In this document: positions 52,401 through 64,000 of the stretch, piece by piece
Numbering within the stretch: the first letter of the stretch is position 1
How the letters are laid out: every line of letters begins with the position of its first letter
NCBI GenBank assembly: GCA_964057225.1
Contig: OZ059900.1
Location: 15,934,001 to 15,998,000, forward strand
Direction of reading: 5' to 3'
Length of the DNA: 64,000 nucleotides
Origin: Auanema rhodensis
Taxonomy: Eukaryota; Animalia; Nematoda
The notes under the pieces: model-generated
Database searches by the model: none
Told to the model about the DNA's origin: nothing
Seen by the model: the letters and a program-made list of their open reading frames with translations, nothing else
Position numbers and translations under genes: made by a program

Positions 52401-55400
52401 ACCCCTGTTTTTTTGTCGTGAAAGTGGAACTAGACGTTGTACGAACAATTTTGAGCTAGGTTTCATTGACATTGCATGAGTTTGAACACATGAAATCGTA
52501 AGTCAAAACCTTGTTTACAGCGAAATTTCCAAAAACTGGTTTTCCAGCATGATAAAATATTTCTCATGGGAAATACTGTGTTTTTGTATTTTTCTAGTGT
52601 TCAGCATGTAAAATGCTTCATTTTAGTATGTAACACGCTGAAATTCGTTGCATTTGACGACTCATATGAACAAAAATCGATTTAATCAATATTAGCCATA
52701 AGGGGCGTGCCCTCAGAATATGCTAATTTCCTTAATTTTCTAACCCCTGTTTTTTTGTCGTGAAAGTGGAACTAGACGTTGTACGAACAATTTTGAGCTA
52801 GGTTTCATTGACATTGCATGAGTTTGAACACATGAAATCGTAAGTCAAAACCTTGTTTACAGCGAAATTTCCAAAAACTGGTTTTCCAGCATAATAAAAT
52901 ATTTCTCATGGGAAATACTGTGTTTTTGTATTTTTCTAGTGTTCAGCATGTAAAATGCTTCATTTTAGTATGTAACACGCTGAAATTCGTTGCATTTGAC
53001 GACTCATATGAACAAAAATCGATTTAATCAATATTAGCCATAAGGGGCGTGCCCTCAGAATATGCTAATTTCCTTAATTTTCTAACCCCTGTTTTTTTGT
53101 CGTGAAAGTGGAACTAGACGTTGTACGAACAATTTTGAGCTAGGTTACATTGACATTGCATGAGTTTGAACACATGAAATCGTAAGTCAAAACCTTGTTT
53201 ACAGCGAAATTTCCAAAAACTGGTTTTCCAGCATAATAAAATATTTCTCATGGGAAATACTGTGTTTTTGTATTTTTCTAGTGTTCAGCATGTAAAATGC
53301 TTCATTTTAGTATGTAACACGCTGAAATTCGTTGCATTTGACGACTCATATGAACAAAAATCGATTTAATCAATATTAGCCATAAGGGGCGTGCCCTCAG
53401 AATATGCTAATTTCCTTAATTTTCTAACCCTTGTTTTTTTGTCGTGAAAGTGGAACTAGACGTTGTACAAACAATTTTGAGCTAGGTTTCATTGACATTG
53501 CATGAGTTTGAACACATGAAATCGTAAGTCAAAACCTTGTTTACAGCGAAATTTCCAAAAACTGGTTTTCCAGCATGATAAAATATTTCTCATGGGAAAT
53601 ACTGTGTTTTTGTATTTTTCTAGTGTTCAGCATGTAAAATGCTTCATTTTAGTATGTAACACGCTGAAATTCGTTGCATTTGACGACTCATATGAACAAA
53701 AATCGATTTAATCAATATTAGCCATAAGGGGCGTGCCCTCAGAATATGCTAATTTCCTTAATTTTTTAACCCCTGTTTTTTTGTCGTGAAAGTGGAACTA
53801 GACGTTGTACGAACAATTTTGAGCTAGGTTTCATTGACATTGCATGAGTTTGAACACATGAAATCGTAAGTCAAAACCTTGTTTACAGCGAAATTTCCAA
53901 AAACTGGTTTTCCAGCATGATAAAATATTTCTCATGGGAAATACTGTGTTTTTGTATTTTTCTAGTGTTCAGCATGTAAAATGCTTCATTTTAGTATGTA
54001 ACACGCTGAAATTCGTTGCATTTGACGACTCATATGAACAAAAATCGATTTAATCAATATTAGCCATAAGGGGCGTGCCCTCAGAATATGCTAATTTCCT
54101 TAATTTTCTAACCCCTGTTTTTTTGTCGTGAAAGTGGAACTAGACGTTGTACGAACAATTTTGAGCTAGGTTTCATTGACATTGCATGAGTTTGAACACA
54201 TGAAATCGTAAGTCAAAACCTTGTTTACAGCGAAATTTCCAAAAACTGGTTTTCCAGCATGATAAAATATTTCTCATGGGAAATACTGTGTTTTTGTATT
54301 TTTCTAGTGTTCAGCATGTAAAATGCTTCATTTTAGTATGTAACACGCTGAAATTCGTTGCATTTGACGACTCATATGAACAAAAATCGATTTAATCAAT
54401 ATTAGCCATAAGGGGCGTGCCCTCAGAATATGCTAATTTCCTTAATTTTCTAACCCCTGTTTTTTTGTCGTGAAAGTGGAACTAGACGTTGTACGAACAA
54501 TTTTGAGCTAGGTTTCATTGACATTGCATGAGTTTGAACACATGAAATCGTAAGTCAAAACCTTGTTTACAGCGAAATTTCCAAAAACTGGTTTTCCAGC
54601 ATAATAAAATATTTCTCATGGGAAATACTGTGTTTTTGTATTTTTCTAGTGTTCAGCATGTAAAATGCTTCATTTTAGTATGTAACACGCTGAAATTCGT
54701 TGCATTTGACGACTCATATGAACAAAAATCGATTTAATCAATATTAGCCATAAGGGGCGTGCCCTCAGAATATGCTAATTTCCTTAATTTTCTAACCCCT
54801 GTTTTTTTGTCGTGAAAGTGGAACTAGACGTTGTACGAACAATTTTGAGCTAGGTTTCATTGACATTGCATGAGTTTGAACACATGAAATCGTAAGTCAA
54901 AACCTTGTTTACAGCGAAATTTCCAAAAACTGGTTTTCCAGCATAATAAAATATTTCTCATGGGAAATACTGTGTTTTTGTATTTTTCTAGTGTTCAGCA
55001 TGTAAAATGCTTCATTTTAGTTTGTAACACGCTGAAATTCGTTGCATTTGACGACTCATATGAACAAAAATCGATTTAATCAATATTAGCCATAAGGGGC
55101 GTGCCCTCAGAATATGCTAATTTCCTTAATTTTCTAACCCCTGTTTTTTTGTCGTGAAAGTGGAACTAGACGTTGTACGAACAATTTTGAGCTAGGTTAC
55201 ATTGACATTGCATGAGTTTGAACACATGAAATCGTAAGTCAAAACCTTGTTTACAGCGAAATTTCCAAAAACTGGTTTTCCAGCATAATAAAATATTTCT
55301 CATGGGAAATACTGTGTTTTTGTATTTTTCTAGTGTTCAGCATGTAAAATGCTTCATTTTAGTATGTAACACGCTGAAATTCGTTGCATTTGACGACTCA

Positions 55401-58400
55401 TATGAACAAAAATCGATTTAATCAATATTAGCCATAAGGGGCGTGCCCTCAGAATATGCTAATTTCCTTAATTTTCTAACCCTTGTTTTTTTGTCGTGAA
55501 AGTGGAACTAGACGTTGTACAAACAATTTTGAGCTAGGTTTCATTGACATTGCATGAGTTTGAACACATGAAATCGTAAGTCAAAACCTTGTTTACAGCG
55601 AAATTTCCAAAAACTGGTTTTCCAGCATGATAAAATATTTCTCATGGGAAATACTGTGTTTTTGTATTTTTCTAGTGTTCAGCATTTAAAATGCTTCATT
55701 TTAGTATGTAACACGCTGAAATTCGTTGCATTTGACGACTCATATGAACAAAAATCGATTTAATCAATATTAGCCATAAGGGGCGTGCCCTCAGAATATG
55801 CTAATTTCCTTAATTTTCTAACCCCTGTTTTTTTGTCGTGAAAGTGGAACTAGACGTTGTACGAACAATTTTGAGCTAGGTTTCATTGACATTGCATGAG
55901 TTTGAACACATGAAATCGTAAGTCAAAACCTTGTTTACAGGGAAATTTCGAAAAACTGGTTTTCTAGCATAATAAAATATTTCTCATGGGAAATACTGTG
56001 TTTTTGTATTCTTCTAGTGTTCAGCATGTAAAATGCTTCATTTTAGTGTGTAACACGCTGAAATTCGTTGCATTTGACGACTCATATGAACAAAAATCGA
56101 TTTAATCAATATTAGCCATAAGGGGCGTGCCCTCAGAATATGCTAATTTCCTTAATTTTCTAACCCCTGTTTTTTTGTCGTGAAAGTGGAACTAGACGTT
56201 GTACGAACAATTTTGAGCTAGGTTTCATTGACATTGCATGAGTTTGAACACATGAAATCGTAAGTTAAAACCTTGTTTACAGCGAAATTTCCAAAAACTG
56301 GTTTTCCAGCATAATAAAATATTTCTCATGGGAAATACTGTGTTTTTGTATTTTTCTAGTGTTCAGCATGTAAAATGCTTCATTTTAGTTTGTAACACGC
56401 TGAAATTCGTTGCATTTGACGACTCATATGAACAAAAATCGATTTAATCAATATTAGCCATAAGGGGCGTGCCCTCAGAATATGCTAATTTCCTTAATTT
56501 TCTAACCCCTGTTTTTTTGTCGTGAAAGTGGAACTAGACGTTGTACGAACAATTTTGAGCTAGGTTACATTGACATTGCATGAGTTTGAACACATGAAAT
56601 CGTAAGTCAAAACCTTGTTTACAGCGAAATTTCCAAAAACTGGTTTTCCACCATAATAAAATATTTCTCATGGGAAATACTGTGTTTTTGTATTTTTCTA
56701 GTGTTCAGCATGTAAAATGCTTCATTTTAGTATGTAACACGCTGAAATTCGTTGCATTTGACGACTCATATGAACAAAAATCGATTTAATCAATATTAGC
56801 CATAAGGGGCGTGCCCTCAGAATATGCTAATTTCCTTAATTTTCTAACCCTTGTTTTTTTGTCGTGAAAGTGGAACTAGACGTTGTACAAACAATTTTGA
56901 GCTAGGTTTCATTGACATTGCATGAGTTTGAACACATGAAATCGTAAGTCAAAACCTTGTTTACAGCGAAATTTCCAAAAACTGGTTTTCCAGCATGATA
57001 AAATATTTCTCATGGGAAATACTGTGTTTTTGTATTTTTCTAGTGTTCAGCATGTAAAATGCTTCATTTTAGTATGTAACACGCTGAAATTCGTTGCATT
57101 TGACGACTCATATGAACAAAAATCGATTTAATCAATATTAGCCATAAGGGGCGTGCCCTCAGAATATGCTAATTTCCTTAATTTTCTAACCCCTGTTTTT
57201 TTGTCGTGAAAGTGGAACTAGACGTTGTACGAACAATTTTGAGCTAGGTTTCATTGACATTGCATGAGTTTGAACACATGAAATCGTAAGTCAAAACCTT
57301 GTTTACAGCGAAATTTCCAAAAACTGGTTTTCCAGCATAATAAAATATTTCTCATGGGAAATACTGTGTTTTTGTATTTTTCTAGTGTTCAGCATGTAAA
57401 ATGCTTCATTTTAGTATGTAACACGCTGAAATTCGTTGCATTTGACGACTCATATGAACAAAAATCGATTTAATCAATATTAGCCATAAGGGGCGTGCCC
57501 TCAGAATATGCTAATTTCCTTAATTTTCTAACCCTTGTTTTTTTGTCGTGAAAGTGGAACTAGACGTTGTACAAACAATTTTGAGCTAGGTTTCATTGAC
57601 ATTGCATGAGTTTGAACACATGAAATCGTAAGTCAAAACCTTGTTTACAGCGAAATTTCCAAAAACTGGTTTTCCAGCATAATAAAATATTTCTCATGGG
57701 AAATACTGTGTTTTTGTATTTTTCTAGTGTTCAGCCTGTAAAATGCTTCATTTTAGTATGTAACACGCTGAAATTCGTTGCATTTGACGACTCATATGAA
57801 CAAAAATCGATTTAATCAATATTAGCCATAAGGGGCGTGCCCTCAGAATATGCTAATTTCCTTAATTTTCTAACCCTTGTTTTTTTGTCGTGAAAGTGGA
57901 ACTAGACGTTGTACAAACAATTTTGATCTAGGTTTCATTGACATTGCATGAGTTTGAACACATGAAATCGTAAGTCAAAACCTTGTTTACAGCGAAATTT
58001 CCAAAAACTGGTTTTCCAGCATGATAAAATATTTCTCATGGGAAATACTGTGTTTTTGTATTTTTCTAGTGTTCAGCATGTAAAATGCTTCATTTTAGTA
58101 TGTAACACGCTGAAATTCGTTGCATTTGACGACTCATATGAACAAAAATCGATTTAATCAATATTAGCCATAAGGGGCGTGCCCTCAGAATATGCTAATT
58201 TCCTTAATTTTCTAACCCCTGTTTTTTTGTCGTGAAAGTGGAACTAGACGTTGTACGAACAATTTTGAGCTAGGTTTCATTGACATTGCATGAGTTTGAA
58301 CACATGAAATCGTAAGTCAAAACCTTGTTTACAGCGAAATTTCCAAAAACTGGTTTTCCAGCATAATAAAATATTTCTCATGGGAAATACTGTGTTTTTG

Positions 58401-61400
58401 TATTCTTCTAGTGTTCAGCATGTAAAATGCTTCATTTTAGTGTGTAACACGCTGAAATTCGTTGCATTTGACGACTCATATGAACAAAAATCGATTTAAT
58501 CAATATTAGCCATAAGGGGCGTGCCCTCAGAATATGCTAATTTCCTTAATTTTCTAACCCCTGTTTTTTTGTCGTGAAAGTGGAACTAGACGTTGTACGA
58601 ACAATTTTGAGCTAGGTTTCATTGACATTGCATGAGTTTGAACACATGAAATCGTAAGTCAAAACCTTGTTTACAGCGAAATTTCCAAAAACTGGTTTTC
58701 CAGCATAATAAAATATTTCTCATGGGAAATACTGTGTTTTTGTATTTTTCTAGTGTTCAGCATGTAAAATGCTTCATTTTAGTATGTAACACGCTGAAAT
58801 TCGTTGCATTTGACGACTCATATGAACAAAAATCGATTTAATCAATATTAGCCATAAGGGGCGTGCCCTCAGAATATGCTAATTTCCTTAATTTTCTAAC
58901 CCCTGTTTTTTTGTCGTGAAAGTGGAACTAGACGTTGTACGAACAATTTTGAGCTAGGTTTCATTGACATTGCATGAGTTTGAACACATGAAATCGTAAG
59001 TCAAAACCTTGTTTACAGCGAAATTTCCAAAAACTGGTTTTCCAGCATAATAAAATATTTCTCATGGGAAATACTGTGTTTTTGTATTCTTCTAGTGTTC
59101 AGCATGTAAAATGCTTCATTTTAGTGTGTAACACGCTGAAATTCGTTGCATTTGACGACTCATATGAACAAAAATCGATTTAATCAATATTAGCCATAAG
59201 GGGCGTGCCCTCAGAATATGCTAATTTCCTTAATTTTCTAACCCCTGTTTTTTTGTCGTGAAAGTGGAACTAGACGTTGTACGAACAATTTTGAGCTAGG
59301 TTTCATTGACATTGCATGAGTTTGAACACATGAAATCGTAAGTCAAAACCTTGTTTACAGCGAAATTTCCAAAAACTGGTTTTCCAGCATAATAAAATAT
59401 TTCTCATGGGAAATACTGTGTTTTTGTATTTTTCTAGTGTTCAGCATGTAAAATGCTTCATTTTAGTATGTAACACGCTGAAATTCGTTGCATTTGACGA
59501 CTCATATGAACAAAAATCGATTTAATCAATATTAGCCATAAGGGGCGTGCCCTCAGAATATGCTAATTTCCTTAATTTTCTAACCCCTGTTTTTTTGTCG
59601 TGAAAGTGGAACTAGACGTTGTACGAACAATTTTGAGCTAGGTTTCATTGACATTGCATGAGTTTGAACACATGAAATCGTAAGTCAAAACCTTGTTTAC
59701 AGCGAAATTTCCAAAAACTGGTTTTCCAGCATAATAAAATATTTCTCATGGGAAATACTGTGTTTTTGTATTTTTCTAGTGTTCAGCATGTAAAATGCTT
59801 CATTTTAGTATGTAACACGCTGAAATTCGTTGCATTTGACGACTCATATGAACAAAAATCGATTTAATCAATATTAGCCATAAGGGGCGTGCCCTCAGAA
59901 TATGCTAATTTCCTTAATTTTCTAACCCCTGTTTTTTTGTCGTGAAAGTGGAACTAGACGTTGTACGAACAATTTTGAGCTAGGTTTCATTGACATTGCA
60001 TGAGTTTGAACACATGAAATCGTAAGTCAAAACCTTGTTTACAGCGAAATTTCGAAAAACTGGTTTTCCAGCATAATAAAATATTTCTCATGGGAAATAC
60101 TGTGTTTTTGTATTCTTCTAGTGTTCAGCATGTAAAATGCTTCATTTTAGTGTGTAACACGCTGAAATTCGTTGCATTTGACGACTCATATGAACAAAAA
60201 TCGATTTAATCAATATTAGCCATAAGGGGCGTGCCCTCAGAATATGCTAATTTCCTTAATTTTCTAACCCCTGTTTTTTTGTCGTGAAAGTGGAACTAGA
60301 CGTTGTACAAACAATTTTGAGCTAGGTTTCATTGACATTGCATGAGTTTGAACACATGAAATCGTAAGTCAAAACCTTGTTTACAGCGAAATTTCCAAAA
60401 ACTGGTTTTCCAGCATAATAAAATATTTCTCATGGGAAATACTGTGTTTTTGTATTTTTCTAGTGTTCAGCATGTAAAATGCTTCATTTTAGTTTGTAAC
60501 ACGCTGAAATTCGTTGCATTTGACGACTCATATGAACAAAAATCGATTTAATCAATATTAGCCATAAGGGGCGTGCCCTCAGAATATGCTAATTTCCTTA
60601 ATTTTCTAACCCCTGTTTTTTTGTCGTGAAAGTGGAACTAGACGTTGTACGAACAATTTTGAGCTAGGTTACATTGACATTGCATGAGTTTGAACACATG
60701 AAATCGTAAGTCAAAACCTTGTTTACAGCGAAATTTCCAAAAACTGGTTTTCCAGCATAATAAAATATTTCTCATGGGAAATACTGTGTTTTTGTATTTT
60801 TCTAGTGTTCAGCATGTAAAATGCTTCATTTTAGTATGTAACACGCTGAAATTCGTTGCATTTGACGACTCATATGAACAAAAATCGATTTAATCAATAT
60901 TAGCCATAAGGGGCGTGCCCTCAGAATATGCTAATTTCCTTAATTTTCTAACCCTTGTTTTTTTGTCGTGAAAGTGGAACTAGACGTTGTACAAACAATT
61001 TTGAGCTAGGTTTCATTGACATTGCATGAGTTTGAACACATGAAATCGTAAGTCAAAACCTTGTTTACAGCGAAATTTCCAAAAACTGGTTTTCCAGCAT
61101 GATAAAATATTTCTCATGGGAAATACTGTGTTTTTGTATTTTTCTAGTGTTCAGCATGTAAAATGCTTCATTTTAGTATGTAACACGCTGAAATTCGTTG
61201 CATTTGACGACTCATATGAACAAAAATCGATTTAATCAATATTAGCCATAAGGGGCGTGCCCTCAGAATATGCTAATTTCCTTAATTTTCTAACCCCTGT
61301 TTTTTTGTCGTGAAAGTGGAACTAGACGTTGTACGAACAATTTTGAGCTAGGTTTCATTGACATTGCATGAGTTTGAACACATGAAATCGTAAGTCAAAA

Positions 61401-64000
61401 CCTTGTTTACAGCGAAATTTCCAAAAACTGGTTTTCCAGCATAATAAAATATTTCTCATGGGAAATACTGTGTTTTTGTATTTTTCTAGTGTTCAGCATG
61501 TAAAATGCTTCATTTTAGTATGTAACACGCTGAAATTCGTTGCATTTGACGACTCATATGAACAAAAATCGATTTAATCAATATTAGCCATAAGGGGCGT
61601 GCCCTCAGAATATGCTAATTTCCTTAATTTTCTAACCCTTGTTTTTTTGTCGTGAAAGTGGAACTAGACGTTGTACAAACAATTTTGAGCTAGGTTTCAT
61701 TGACATTGCATGAGTTTGAACACATGAAATCGTAAGTCAAAACCTTGTTTACAGCGAAATTTCCAAAAACTGGTTTTCCAGCATAATAAAATATTTCTTA
61801 TGGGAAATACTGTGTTTTTGTATTTTTCTAGTGTTCAGCATGTAAAATGCTTCATTTTAGTATGTAACACGCTGAAATTCGTTGCATTTGACGACTCATA
61901 TGAACAAAAATCGATTTAATCAATATTAGCCATAAGGGGCGTGCCCTCAGAATATGCTAATTTCCTTAATTTTCTAACCCTTGTTTTTTTGTCGTGAAAG
62001 TGGAACTAGACGTTGTACAAACAATTTTGAGCTAGGTTTCATTGACATTGCATGAGTTTGAACACATGAAATCGTAAGTCAAAACCTTGTTTACAGCGAA
62101 ATTTCCAAAAACTGGTTTTCCAGCATGATAAAATATTTCTCATGGGAAATACTGTGTTTTTGTATTTTTCTAGTGTTCAGCATGTAAAATGCTTCATTTT
62201 AGTATGTAACACGCTGAAATTCGTTGCATTTGACGACTCATATGAACAAAAATCGATTTAATCAATATTAGCCATAAGGGGCGTGCCCTCAGAATATGCT
62301 AATTTCCTTAATTTTCTAACCCCTGTTTTTTTGTCGTGAAAGTGGAACTAGACGTTGTACGAACAATTTTGAGCTAGGTTTCATTGACATTGCATGAGTT
62401 TGAACACATGAAATCGTAAGTCAAAACCTTGTTTACAGCGAAATTTCCAAAAACTGGTTTTCCAGCATAATAAAATATTTCTCATGGGAAATACTGTGTT
62501 TTTGTATTCTTCTAGTGTTCAGCATGTAAAATGCTTCATTTTAGTGTGTAACACGCTGAAATTCGTTGCATTTGACGACTCATATGAACAAAAATCGATT
62601 TAATCAATATTAGCCATAAGGGGCGTGCCCTCAGAATATGCTAATTTCCTTAATTTTCTAACCCCTGTTTTTTTGTCGTGAAAGTGGAACTAGACGTTGT
62701 ACGAACAATTTTGAGCTAGGTTTCATTGACATTGCATGAGTTTGAACACATGAAATCGTAAGTCAAAACCTTGTTTACAGCGAAATTTCCAAAAACTGGT
62801 TTTCCAGCATAATAAAATATTTCTCATGGGAAATACTGTGTTTTTGTATTTTTCTAGTGTTCAGCATGTAAAATGCTTCATTTTAGTATGTAACACGCTG
62901 AAATTCGTTGCATTTGACGACTCATATGAACAAAAATCGATTTAATCAATATTAGCCATAAGGGGCGTGCCCTCAGAATATGCTAATTTCCTTAATTTTC
63001 TAACCCTTGTTTTTTTGTCGTGAAAGTGGAACTAGACGTTGTACAAACAATTTTGAGCTAGGTTTCATTGACATTGCATGAGTTTGAACACATGAAATCG
63101 TAAGTCAAAACCTTGTTTACAGCGAAATTTCCAAAAACTGGTTTTCCAGCATAATAAAATATTTCTTATGGGAAATACTGTGTTTTTGTATTTTTCTAGT
63201 GTTCAGCATGTAAAATGCTTCATTTTAGTATGTAACACGCTGAAATTCGTTGCATTTGACGACTCATATGAACAAAAATCGATTTAATCAATATTAGCCA
63301 TAAGGGGCGTGCCCTCAGAATATGCTAATTTCCTTAATTTTCTAACCCCTGTTTTTTTGTCGTGAAAGTGGAACTAGACGTTGTACGAACAATTTTGAGC
63401 TAGGTTTCATTGACATTGCATGAGTTTGAACACATGAAATCGTAAGTCAAAACCTTGTTTACAGCGAAATTTCCAAAAACTGGTTTTCCAGCATAATAAA
63501 ATATTTCTCATGGGAAATACTGTGTTTTTGTATTCTTCTAGTGTTCAGCATGTAAAATGCTTCATTTTAGTGTGTAACACGCTGAAATTCGTTGCATTTG
63601 ACGACTCATATGAACAAAAATCGATTTAATCAATATTAGCCATAAGGGGCGTGCCCTCAGAATATGCTAATTTCCTTAATTTTCTAACCCCTGTTTTTTT
63701 GTCGTGAAAGTGGAACTAGACGTTGTACGAACAATTTTGAGCTAGGTTTCATTGACATTGCATGAGTTTGAACACATGAAATCGTAAGTCAAAACCTTGT
63801 TTACAGCGAAATTTCCAAAAACTGGTTTTCCAGCATAATAAAATATTTCTCATGGGAAATACTGTGTTTTTGTATTTTTCTAGTGTTCAGCATGTAAAAT
63901 GCTTCATTTTAGTATGTAACACGCTGAAATTCGTTGCATTTGACGACTCATATGAACAAAAATCGATTTAATCAATATTAGCCATAAGGGGCGTGCCCTC

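Larger units (their letters stand above)
1..64000. repeat. Tandem satellite DNA array, 342-bp monomer (~187 monomer-equivalents), probably (peri)centromeric or heterochromatic; runs off both window ends
   Basis: The unit starting TCGTTGCATTTGACGACTCATATGAAC and ending GTAACACGCTGAAAT recurs every 342 bp (1, 343, 685...). Line registers repeat every 3420 bp (21181, 24601, 28021 ... 62221). The consensus has about 116/342 G+C. Centromeric location is inference only. Confidence 0.99.
19220..64000 (+). repeat. Uninterrupted forward monomers, 'right' variant domain
   Basis: Strict 342-bp register with no visible indel. Variants GGTTACATTG, CCCTTG, GTACAAAC, GCATGATAA, AGTTTGTAAC, TATTCTTCTA and AGTGTGTAAC. 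Confidence 0.95.

Noticed and set aside
1-64000. CRISPR array or other prokaryotic repeat system
   Set aside because: No unique spacers, no cas or other genes; the unit is a continuous 342-bp tandem repeat.

Overview
The whole 64 kb window is one AT-rich (~34% GC by hand count of the consensus) eukaryotic-type satellite DNA array of a 342-bp monomer, about 187 monomer-equivalents, mostly within a few substitutions of consensus. I find no credible genes, RNA genes, transposons or CRISPR arrays, and I cannot assign the satellite to a named family or species. The main structure lies at ~8.0-19.3 kb. Four inverted blocks (8145-9307, 10533-11354, 15658-16820, 18047-19209) have identical junctions: a 58-bp deletion, a fold-back junction with 4-bp AAAT microhomology centred on a hairpin intrinsic to the monomer, and a return junction with a 10-nt T-rich filler. 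This points to one inversion event amplified by nested tandem duplication (2388 bp, then 7513 bp), leaving kilobase-scale palindromes. The cassette sits at the boundary between two monomer-variant domains. The rest of the array shows local higher-order repeats of 2, 3, 5, 8 and 10 monomers. The four 67-aa ORFs are by-products of the fold-back junction.
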